A DNA stretch of 50,798 nucleotides from an uncultured archaeon (lineage in GTDB: Archaea; Thermoplasmatota; Poseidoniia; MGIII; CG-Epi1). The stretch's first letter is position 1, and the number at the start of each line of letters is the position of its first letter. The position numbers and the translations under genes were made by a program. Below the pieces are notes generated by a model that saw only the letters and a list, made by a program, of their open reading frames with translations, was not told the DNA's origin and did not search any database. Location: contig CAZWJS010000002.1 of assembly GCA_964634895.1 (NCBI GenBank), positions 1-50,798 of the forward strand, in the 5' to 3' direction. Of this stretch, positions 9,201 through 15,949 are shown piece after piece.

Positions 9201-11110
9201 GTACGGTTTTCAACCTGTTCAATAAGAAGACCTACAGCACCATAATCAAGTATATTTGAATTTATTACTGGTTCCGAGTTAAAAATCCGAATGTGTGTTT
9301 TGAAAAAAGTAATATTATTGTTTGTAAATGTTATCTCACTTCGATCTGTTATTTCCGCCCCTATTTTTGATACTTTTACAAAGAAGATTTTATCACAATT
9401 ATCATGTTTGCAGTTTCCTGTAAATTGGTTTTTAGTAACTATTCCAGTTGCATCTGCAACTATAATTGCCTTTTCTCCTACAGTAACTATATTATTTTCA
9501 ACTTTAATGGTTCCAGTATCCTTAAATTCCAAACCAAAAAGTGAAATTATTGTATTATTAATAATAGTTGGTTCATTAATGTCAGCAACATAAATTCCCG
9601 TATCATTAGAGTCAATATAATTATTGCTGACCACCATTCCTGGATATGTATTAGGAGTTCCATCTAAATTAATACCTATAGATGTATTGTAAATATTATT
9701 ATTTGTTATTATATTATTCGACCCTCCCTTGGCAGTATATGATTTGTATATATTAATCCCAATATTATTGTTTTGAAAAGTATTATTTTCAATAGTAAGG
9801 TTCTCTGGCCTTAAAGTATAAGATCCATAAGTAGTCAATAAAATACCAGCATATCCACCTTGTACGTAATTATCATACACAGATATATGATTCACCATTG
9901 CCTCACCTGTATAAAGCATAATACCTGCTTGCTCAACACCAGTTATGTGATTATTAAATATGGTAACATTAGTAATATCTACTGGAATACTTCCTCCACC
10001 AAATGCTATACAACCACCTGCCGCACCAGCATAATATGTCCACCCACATTCATCAAAAATATTATTATTTATTGTGAAATTTTCTCCTCCAGCTATAATA
10101 CCCTCACTAACGTTTTTGAAAGAGTTATATGCCACTACCGAATTTGTAACATTATTTAACCAAAAACCATAACCATCCACATTAGTTAAAGTGTTATTGA
10201 ACCATCTCGCATTTTCTACATTCCAAGCTGAAAATTGACCGAAATCATCAATATTATAGGAAGTCATATTCAAAAATGTATTATTTTCAATTAAATAATT
10301 ATATCCAGAATCTATAAAAATAGCACCACCATCTCCTTCTTCAATAAAATTATTCCTAATTGTTCCATTGTTCCCGTAATAGTCTACAAACCAAGCACCA
10401 TAATTTGTACCATAAGAATTATTATATGCATAATTATTTTCAAATATTAGATTATCACCAGTAGCATATGCCATAGTTCCACAATAATAAAATGAATTAT
10501 TCTTGACAATAACATTATCTCCATTAGTTGTAACTGCAAAAAGGTGATGGAATACTGAGTTACTTAATTCAACAGTCTGATCATCACCCCAACCCCAAAA
10601 TTCTAAAGCTGTGTTATAAGGATCTGAAACATTCCAATTCATGGATGAAATATTAGAAACATCATGATTTGTATTAGGATTATCATCCATATCAGTTATA
10701 ATTAATTTAGAGCCGGCAGATAATTTCATCCCCTGGAAACCACTTCCTCCGTATACATGTTCAGGAGCATTAATAGTTAAATTGGTGCCTTTAATAGTGA
10801 CAACTGAATTAATGTCTATTAAATTTGAATTTGTAGTAGTATTGTGAATAACCGTAGATCTAATCCAATTTGTTTGTTGTTCAAGTATAATTTTCCCAGT
10901 AGCTGTTAAAGTGACGTTCGTCAATGTAAAACTTCCTTCTTGAACTTCTATATCATTAACAGAGATCTCATCGTTCCAGCAATTTGTGTGTTGTGTTATT
11001 AACCAATTCTGCCCCTCTATAGGTTGATTCCCTGTACAAGTGGCTGATGCATCATTTCCTATAAGCACCACTAATGGCAAAAGAATTAGGATGAACAACC
11101 TCAATTTCAT
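6254..11110 (-). CDS. Giant surface protein: parallel beta-helix (PbH1/NosD-like) repeats, Ig/FN3-like modules, TM helix and a roughly 300-aa cytoplasmic domain
   Basis: 1618 aa. Signal peptide MKLRLFILILLPLVVLIGNDASA. Long Asn/Gly-rich repeats of about 22-25 aa (NNSF.., NNTF.N..GI.., NNNI.N.S.GI) typical of right-handed beta-helices. Repeated ..D.AGNIE/YGNVE Ig-like modules. TM helix ILPIMLGVGIILLSAGGFLLY around 7060-7150. Confidence 0.7.
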   Translation of the reverse strand: MKLRLFILILLPLVVLIGNDASATCTGNQPIEGQNWLITQHTNCWNDEISVNDIEVQEGSFTLTNVTLTATGKIILEQQTNWIRSTVIHNTTTNSNLIDINSVVTIKGTNLTINAPEHVYGGSGFQGMKLSAGSKLIITDMDDNPNTNHDVSNISSMNWNVSDPYNTALEFWGWGDDQTVELSNSVFHHLFAVTTNGDNVIVKNNSFYYCGTMAYATGDNLIFENNYAYNNSYGTNYGAWFVDYYGNNGTIRNNFIEEGDGGAIFIDSGYNYLIENNTFLNMTSYNIDDFGQFSAWNVENARWFNNTLTNVDGYGFWLNNVTNSVVAYNSFKNVSEGIIAGGENFTINNNIFDECGWTYYAGAAGGCIAFGGGSIPVDITNVTIFNNHITGVEQAGIMLYTGEAMVNHISVYDNYVQGGYAGILLTTYGSYTLRPENLTIENNTFQNNNIGINIYKSYTAKGGSNNIITNNNIYNTSIGINLDGTPNTYPGMVVSNNYIDSNDTGIYVADINEPTIINNTIISLFGLEFKDTGTIKVENNIVTVGEKAIIVADATGIVTKNQFTGNCKHDNCDKIFFVKVSKIGAEITDRSEITFTNNNITFFKTHIRIFNSEPVINSNILDYGAVGLLIEQVENRTFSHNLITNNSYSIQILDSNEIIIQMNNLSNFDVGIYSVNSSSNILTNYYEQGVICLEFIDSSYVVNNYDNFDCTSAFIFERYNIKVQIVTDDGSPSPNHQFYYQNYVNIEKIYSNTMDNGFSKYLLLTTLKVDNSGLNINFNNYSFGYYHNDILNLIDIELNRNQTIVAYLDVIAPTTFLYCDSPLIKTKQIPINLNIVDGQSDFMSYDIYYLKNDGENFAEWTLLGTFNESIVYFDGQDSTKYRFKSISRDIYGNVETKTGYDYEVNVDTTKPDSYFEELTEDYYFSSQNEIYLSWSSSHSDVSEYSITVEYTNFTNAFLNPTTVVWTENASYNFNEKSSIIFNMNDMGHYGFKIIAKDNAGNIEVKESYDFMVNYDPSSDTLSLLEIPSKWGDENLTITYQTNDLNLEFDIFIALESVDKPAHSLAWYYYSHESEEGTISLTGLQDSMRYYLVIKSLDLAGNIENPLDTTRIYSGNDTFDQFIDLEYIPLTKIDNNFIVKIDQDSDGVYEYQLKQGNNESRLQDDEFFLDVDNKRVIFGGIKSGGFVPVLGENNIQIIYSGVHEVFEVYTAAPPIARDLAITHTNTSNVVISFVVEENLALCKVQRTTDKSKGWFNENIIEPCESGAHEYIEDNLDSDKTYYYRIWTEDEFKHSSISGEKTIVMEEVVKFYETNEKTSTSQFGMEGILPIMLGVGIILLSAGGFLLYKSKNQEIDDNIQLIESKPIAKYKIEQLYLIYQDGRLLEYVGTGEAQTDTDIMSGMLTAINDFVQDSFQSTGDLGAIDYGDNTVILQRGTNCYLAAVVYGEVDKYLRSKLANLVRSFEGQNPNLKDWNGDVEQILGGKLSLEPLIQETIAANREMVDNYLSEKEIVVNTIVERQTNLIKLKINISNYSSEVIENCSLCPIFNSAMLAISNIKPDISYSFSENAFFIGDLGTFNEISFDLELIIRAGNPTDMELDLIHTHKGRELRSNNKIGLT

Positions 11111-11190
11111 GTTATATCATTAGCAAGAGGTAAATAAATGTAACCAATTCACAGACACAGCACATTCAAGATTAGGTATATGATTGAAGT

Positions 11191-11204
11191 ATAATTTTAA
11201 ATTA
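11191..11204 (+). promoter_or_regulatory. TATA-like element upstream of srp54
   Basis: ataattttaaatta lies 23-36 nt upstream of the ATG at 11227. Confidence 0.3.
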
Positions 11205-11226
11205 AACTGTTTGTAAAGCAAATTAG

Positions 11227-12561
11227 ATGGTTCTTGAGAAGTTAGGGGATGCACTGAGGGAGACTCTTAGGAAAATAGCCGGAGCTAGTCACATCTCTCC
11301 TGAATTAATTAAGGAGCTTGTGAGAGATATTCAAAGGGCCTTGCTACAATCTGATGTTAATGTAAAATTGGCTTTGGATCTGAGCAAAAAAATCGAAACT
11401 AGAGCTATTGATGAGAAACCACCTGCAGGTATGACTGGGAGAGAACATGTAGTTCGTATTGTTCATCAAGAATTGGTTATGGCTTTAGGAGAATCTAGAG
11501 ATTTTAAACTAGGTCCTCAAAAAATCATGATGGTTGGATTATATGGCCAAGGGAAGACTACTACTACTGGTAAATTAGCTAAATATTTAAAGAGAAAAGG
11601 ATTAAGTTTAGGATTGATTGCGGCTGATGTGCATAGACCTGCTGCATATGACCAATTAGCACAAATTGGTGAACAAATTAAAGTTCCTGTATTTGGAGAC
11701 TCAAAAAATACTGATGCTACTGCTGTTGTTTCTGAGGGGCTAAAAGAATTTCAAGATTTAGATGTTATAATTGTTGACACAGCAGGCCGCCATGCATTAG
11801 ATGATGATTTAATAGAAGAAATGAAATCAGTTTCAAACACTGCAGACCCAGATGAAATCTTCTTAGTTATGGATGCAACTGTTGGCCAACAAGCGGGACC
11901 ACAAGCTCAGGCATTCCACAATGCAGTAGGTGTAACTGGTGTTATCCTTACAAAATTGGATGGTTCGGCAAAAGGTGGTGGAGCTTTATCTGCAGTTGCT
12001 GTAACCAAAGCACCCATAATTTTTGTTGGTACTGGCGAAAGTTTAGATAGTCTAGAAAAATTGGACCCAGATAGATTTATTTCTAGATTGCTAGGAATGG
12101 GTGATCTTCAGAGTTTATTAGAAAGAGCTGAAGAAGTAATGGATGCCGAAACAGCAGAAGATGCAGCTAAGAAAATGTTGTCCGGCAAGTTTACCTTGAT
12201 AGATATGAGGGAACAGATGGAGGCACTAACAAAGATGGGACCTTTAGGAAAAGTCATGGAAATGGTACCCGGAATGTCAGGTATGATGAAAAAAGGTCAA
12301 GTCGAAGAAACCCAAAAACGTTTGGAAAAATTCAAAATTTTAATGAACTCTATGACCAAAGAGGAATTAGAGAATCCTAAATTAATTAAACGATCTAGAA
12401 TTAATCGTATTGCTATGGGGTCCGGTTCAGATCCACAAGAAATAAGAGACTTACTAAAACAATATAATCAAAGCAGGAAGATGATGGCTAATATTGGTGG
12501 CAACAGGAGAATGCAACAAAGAATGATGAAACAATTTGGCAAAGGAGATATTAAACTGTAG
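11227..12561 (+). CDS. srp54: Signal recognition particle 54-kDa protein
   Basis: 444 aa. NG domain GTPase motifs GLYGQGKTTTTGKLA, DTAGR and TKLDG, plus a Met-rich M domain (MVPGMSGMMKKG). Confidence 0.95.
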   Translation: MVLEKLGDALRETLRKIAGASHISPELIKELVRDIQRALLQSDVNVKLALDLSKKIETRAIDEKPPAGMTGREHVVRIVHQELVMALGESRDFKLGPQKIMMVGLYGQGKTTTTGKLAKYLKRKGLSLGLIAADVHRPAAYDQLAQIGEQIKVPVFGDSKNTDATAVVSEGLKEFQDLDVIIVDTAGRHALDDDLIEEMKSVSNTADPDEIFLVMDATVGQQAGPQAQAFHNAVGVTGVILTKLDGSAKGGGALSAVAVTKAPIIFVGTGESLDSLEKLDPDRFISRLLGMGDLQSLLERAEEVMDAETAEDAAKKMLSGKFTLIDMREQMEALTKMGPLGKVMEMVPGMSGMMKKGQVEETQKRLEKFKILMNSMTKEELENPKLIKRSRINRIAMGSGSDPQEIRDLLKQYNQSRKMMANIGGNRRMQQRMMKQFGKGDIKL

Positions 12562-12599
12562 CCCCAAAATACAAATACAGTTACTTAGAATGTTAAACT

Positions 12600-13112
12600 A
12601 TGCAGAGCTTTGAAGTAAAAAGAGGACACGGAAAAACACTTGAAGATGGCGGTTTAAAATCTTTAATGGAAGAACAATTTGGGGAGATAGGAGAAGACGG
12701 TAATTTATTCTCTGCCTCCTTTAAGGCGTTGAAAAAAATTGATGTGGAATTTGTTTCTATAACTGAAATACGTGTAAAAACTGAAACAGATATTGAAGCA
12801 AGTCCAGAGGATTCTTTAGAGGCTCATCAAGCTTACAATAGATTCATGGAAGCTGCTACAGCATTTAACGCGAAACAACGTATTGATAGAGCTAAAGCAA
12901 AAGCAAAGAAAGAAGCAAAGGCAGCTGCAGAGAAAGAAATGGCAGCTGAAAAGGCTGCTGTGGAATCTACTGAAGAACCGGCAGAAGAAGAAAATAATGA
13001 AGAAGAAAATAATGAAGAAGAATCTGATGCTTCAGAGGAAGAACCTGCTGAAGATACCGAAGAAGAAAATAGTGAAGAAGAATCTGATGATACAGAAGAA
13101 GAGACTTCGTAA
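12600..13112 (+). CDS. Hypothetical protein with Lys/Ala helix and strongly acidic low-complexity tail
   Basis: 170-aa ORF. Its stop overlaps the next start (TAATG at 13110-13114). The C-terminus is EEENNEEENNEEESDASEEE... No family recognised. Confidence 0.5.
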   Translation: MQSFEVKRGHGKTLEDGGLKSLMEEQFGEIGEDGNLFSASFKALKKIDVEFVSITEIRVKTETDIEASPEDSLEAHQAYNRFMEAATAFNAKQRIDRAKAKAKKEAKAAAEKEMAAEKAAVESTEEPAEEENNEEENNEEESDASEEEPAEDTEEENSEEESDDTEEETS

Positions 13113-13624
13113 TGCTAAGGTGTGCCCTAACAGGGACGCCAGGAACAGGAAAAACCTCAATCTCCAAACTTTTAGATACTGATGTTGTGCATTTATCTGA
13201 TTTTTATGAATCATCATCCAATGAAAGGACAGATGAAGGAGAATGGCTCATCGACTTGAATTTATTAGATGAGAATATTCAAGCTTTATCTAAGAAAGAA
13301 GGCGTTTTTGAAGGGCATACATCTCATTTTCTAAGAGATATGGATCAAGTTATAATATTGCGATGTGATCCTATAAAATTAAAGCAACGTCTTGAACAAA
13401 GAGATTATTCTAAAGAAAAGTTAATGGAAAATGTGGAAGCTGAAGCCTTGAATATAATCTACACGGAGGCCTTAGATTATACCGTTAAAGAAAAAATATT
13501 CCAGGTAGATACAACTAACAGGACTGCTGAAGAAAGTGCTAAAATAATTAAAGATTTTATGGCCGGCAATGTTAAATTAGAGGAAACTTTTGACTATTCA
13601 GAAAGAATAATGGAATGGTATTAA
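13112..13624 (+). CDS. Fap7/AK6-like nucleoside-triphosphatase (putative archaeal adenylate kinase 6 homolog)
   Basis: 170 aa. The P-loop sits at the extreme N-terminus (LTGTPGTGKTSISKLL). Size and layout are typical of Fap7/AK6. Confidence 0.65.
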   Translation: MLRCALTGTPGTGKTSISKLLDTDVVHLSDFYESSSNERTDEGEWLIDLNLLDENIQALSKKEGVFEGHTSHFLRDMDQVIILRCDPIKLKQRLEQRDYSKEKLMENVEAEALNIIYTEALDYTVKEKIFQVDTTNRTAEESAKIIKDFMAGNVKLEETFDYSERIMEWY

Positions 13625-14226
13625 TGGTAGCTGACGATTATCGAGAGTTTGGAACTAAAATTCTGATGCCTCTTGCACGCAATATGCCTCTGAATCCGAT
13701 GGGAATCAGTATGCTTTCTTTGGTGACTGCACTTACTGCCGGATATTCTTTCTACATAGCTGATTTAGAAAATAAAGAATGGCTCTTGTTAGGAGCTTTA
13801 ATGGTTTTTCTTACTGCCGTTTTAGATGCACTTGATGGTATTGTTGCTCGAATAAGAGAAATGTCAAGCAGAAGAGGAGATCTTGTTGATCATACATTAG
13901 ACCGTGTTGCAGACATAATTATGCTAGGAGGAGTAGCACTAGGTCCTCTTGTAGATACAACAATTGGTTTTGCAGCTATTATTGGAGTTTTAATGTTATC
14001 ATATATGGGGACTCAGGCACAAGCAATTGGTGCTGGTAGAGATTACGCTGGCCTTCTAGGAAGAGCTGATAGACTTGTAGTTATGGCTATGATTCCAGTT
14101 ATACAATATTTCATTGATGAAATACAGGGAATAAATTGGATGACACTGATGTGTTATGTTTTTGGTATAGTCTGCACCTTATCAGCCGCTTATCGCTTTA
14201 GCAGAATCTGGGCTGAACTAGAATAG
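13615..14226 (+). CDS. CDP-alcohol phosphatidyltransferase family protein
   Basis: 203 aa and polytopic. Family motif DALDGIVARIREMSSRRGDLVDHTLDRVAD matches D-x2-DG-x2-AR-x8-G-x3-D-x3-D. Overlaps the upstream ORF by 10 nt. Confidence 0.8.
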   Translation: MVLMVADDYREFGTKILMPLARNMPLNPMGISMLSLVTALTAGYSFYIADLENKEWLLLGALMVFLTAVLDALDGIVARIREMSSRRGDLVDHTLDRVADIIMLGGVALGPLVDTTIGFAAIIGVLMLSYMGTQAQAIGAGRDYAGLLGRADRLVVMAMIPVIQYFIDEIQGINWMTLMCYVFGIVCTLSAAYRFSRIWAELE

Positions 14227-14228
14227 TA

Positions 14229-14537
14229 TCAATATCCGAAATTATCTTTTGGTATATTCTCATCTTCAGGTATCTCTGTTAATTCAAACTCAACACCCCC
14301 TATTTTGGAAGCCATGAAATTGTAGAATACAGCAAATACAGCTACCATCATGTAAATCATTCCAGTCAACCACAATGGAGAAAAAATAAAGATAATTCCA
14401 ATAAGCAGTAGTTCACTTAACCCAGTTGACAGGAAAATGAGACCCATTAAAACGTAAATCAGACTTATTGGTATATACAAAACTGCTATAAATCTAGCAT
14501 TTTGAAGAATAGAAATCTCTGTTATTTGCATTTTCAT
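14229..14537 (-). CDS. Small membrane protein (3 predicted TM), unknown function
   Basis: 102-aa hydrophobic ORF. An SD-like aggtga lies 5-10 nt upstream of the ATG. Confidence 0.45.
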   Translation of the reverse strand: MKMQITEISILQNARFIAVLYIPISLIYVLMGLIFLSTGLSELLLIGIIFIFSPLWLTGMIYMMVAVFAVFYNFMASKIGGVEFELTEIPEDENIPKDNFGY

Positions 14538-14594
14538 TTATATCACCTTAGCTCCAAATTTCTTGATTTCGCTCATAAACTTACAAACATATTC

Positions 14595-14604
14595 AAAATA
14601 AAAA
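14595..14604 (-). terminator. T-rich tract (TTTTTATTTT on the minus strand) just 3' of the tRNA
   Basis: The oligo-T run begins about 11 nt downstream of the tRNA 3' end. Archaeal RNAP terminates at oligo-T. Confidence 0.4.
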
Positions 14605-14614
14605 CTTATGGGGT

Positions 14615-14786
14615 TGGTGGGAGCACTGGGATTTGAACCCAGATCGGCGGGTCTCACCTATCGAGCCGGAGCCCATAGTTTGCACAGGTCATAGCTCCAA
14701 TCATTCATCACGACATCAGCAGACCCTGTAGCAATCATTCCTGTATAATTGGAGCCCGCAATGCTGCCAGGTTACACCATGCTCCC
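14615..14786 (-). tRNA. tRNA-Trp (anticodon CCA) with a roughly 96-nt intron at the canonical 37/38 position and an encoded CCA
   Basis: Minus-strand read: acceptor GGGAGCA/TGCTCCC, D arm GTGT..GCAT, anticodon stem GCGGG/CCCGC, loop CTCCAA|intron|A, T arm CTGGG-TTCAAAT-CCCAG, discriminator A plus CCA. The intron spans about 14653-14748. Confidence 0.85.
14689..14738 (-). ncRNA. Box C/D guide-RNA module inside the tRNA-Trp intron
   Basis: Minus-strand order: C-like AUGAUUG, 12-nt spacer, D' CUGA, 4 nt, C' GUGAUGA, 12-nt spacer, D-like AUGA. The total is 50 nt. The nucleotide 5 positions upstream of D pairs with C34, and the one 5 positions upstream of D' pairs with C39 of the same tRNA. Confidence 0.6.
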
Positions 14787-14810
14787 AACATTTGCTTAGG
14801 AGAACACTAC

Positions 14811-14818
14811 AATAAAAA
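14811..14818 (-). promoter_or_regulatory. TATA box for the tRNA-Trp gene
   Basis: TTTTTATT on the minus strand, at -25 to -32 relative to tRNA nucleotide 1 (14786). Confidence 0.45.
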
Positions 14819-14865
14819 GTCTGTGATGATAAAGTTAATAACTTGTGTTTTATCCACTAAACATA

Positions 14866-15303
14866 ATGAGTGAAGAAGAAGATTCAGAAAAACCAATTTT
14901 GAATCCACATACTCCTGCACCTCCTTCAGAAAAAATATGGATGCCAGTTTACCAAGATGAAGATGGTAAACTTGCAAAGCATGATTGGTGCCTTGACACG
15001 GGAATAATTAAGAATCTTAGTGGTGAAGAAGCAAAACCTAAGGGATTTTACATACTCGTACTAAATAAAATGAAATATATTCTCCAAGGTGAATTGGGAC
15101 GTGCCAAAAGCGCACCAAAATTACCTGAATCTCAAATAAAATTAATTCTTAGTGATTTAGACCAAATTGATGGTTTCTATGATAAATGGTGGAGAACTGA
15201 ATCTTCACAGTTAGAATATTTCATTAAAGCTGTCCAAAATAGAAGACCGGATCTTTCACAAAGATTTATAGTAGATGCGGTTACGAGGACATTAAGTGGT
15301 TAG
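14866..15303 (+). CDS. Hypothetical protein
   Basis: The ORF is open from GTG 14845. ATG 14866 is preferred because an AT-rich TATA-like agttaataac lies about 25-30 nt upstream. No family recognised. Confidence 0.45.
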   Translation: MSEEEDSEKPILNPHTPAPPSEKIWMPVYQDEDGKLAKHDWCLDTGIIKNLSGEEAKPKGFYILVLNKMKYILQGELGRAKSAPKLPESQIKLILSDLDQIDGFYDKWWRTESSQLEYFIKAVQNRRPDLSQRFIVDAVTRTLSG

Positions 15304-15919
15304 TATTGCACCTTCAATGCTCGGAGCCGATTTTGGCGAGATGCGTAAGGCAGCAGAAATGGTGGCTTCTCATTCATCCTACCTACACATGGATGTGATG
15401 GATGGTCACTTTGTACCAAATCTCACTATGGGTCCTGACTTAGTTAAATCCCTAAAGGGAATAGCGCCTTTAGATGTTCACTTAATGGTTACAGATCCCT
15501 CAGATTTCATAAATGATTTTACAGAAGCTGGAGCAGAAATTATTTCTATACATGTAGAGGCAAATAATCCAGATAAGGCTCTAAAGTTGATAAAAGAAAA
15601 AGGACTCAAAGCTGGTATTGCCCTTAATCCCTCCACACCTGAGGATTCAATAGAACCTTTTGTAGAAGAAGCTGACATTATACTAGTGATGTCGGTAGAA
15701 CCTGGTTATTGTGGACAATCATTTCATAAAAAGGCTATTGATAGAGTCAAGAATTATAAGGAAAAATATCCCGATAAGATTATAGAAGTTGATGGCGGTG
15801 TTGGACCTGAAAATTCAAGAGTTCTAAGGGAAGCTGGCGCTGATATTTTAGTTGCAGGGAGTGCTATTTTTGGTTCAGAAAATCCTATTGAAACTATCAA
15901 CTTAATGATTCAGGGTTAA
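15296..15919 (+). CDS. rpe: Ribulose-phosphate 3-epimerase
   Basis: 207 aa. IAPSMLGADFG and MDVMDGHFVPNLTMGP motifs, VDGGV near the C-terminus. GTG start overlaps the upstream stop. Confidence 0.9.
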   Translation: MVSIAPSMLGADFGEMRKAAEMVASHSSYLHMDVMDGHFVPNLTMGPDLVKSLKGIAPLDVHLMVTDPSDFINDFTEAGAEIISIHVEANNPDKALKLIKEKGLKAGIALNPSTPEDSIEPFVEEADIILVMSVEPGYCGQSFHKKAIDRVKNYKEKYPDKIIEVDGGVGPENSRVLREAGADILVAGSAIFGSENPIETINLMIQG

Positions 15920-15949
15920 ACTTATTAATTACAGAGCTATCAAAATCTT

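Noticed and set aside
12883-13217. Lys-rich and Leu-rich alternative-frame ORFs (12883-13182 plus strand, 12967-13167 minus strand, 13032-13217 minus strand)
   Set aside because: They are frame artefacts of the GAA-rich acidic-tail coding repeat and overlap two better-supported genes.
14615-14786. Interpretation as a tRNA pseudogene or as two split tRNA halves
   Set aside because: Both halves are co-linear on one strand. All four stems pair, and the interruption is at the canonical 37/38 site. The insert has an organised box C/D layout, so an intron-containing functional gene fits better.
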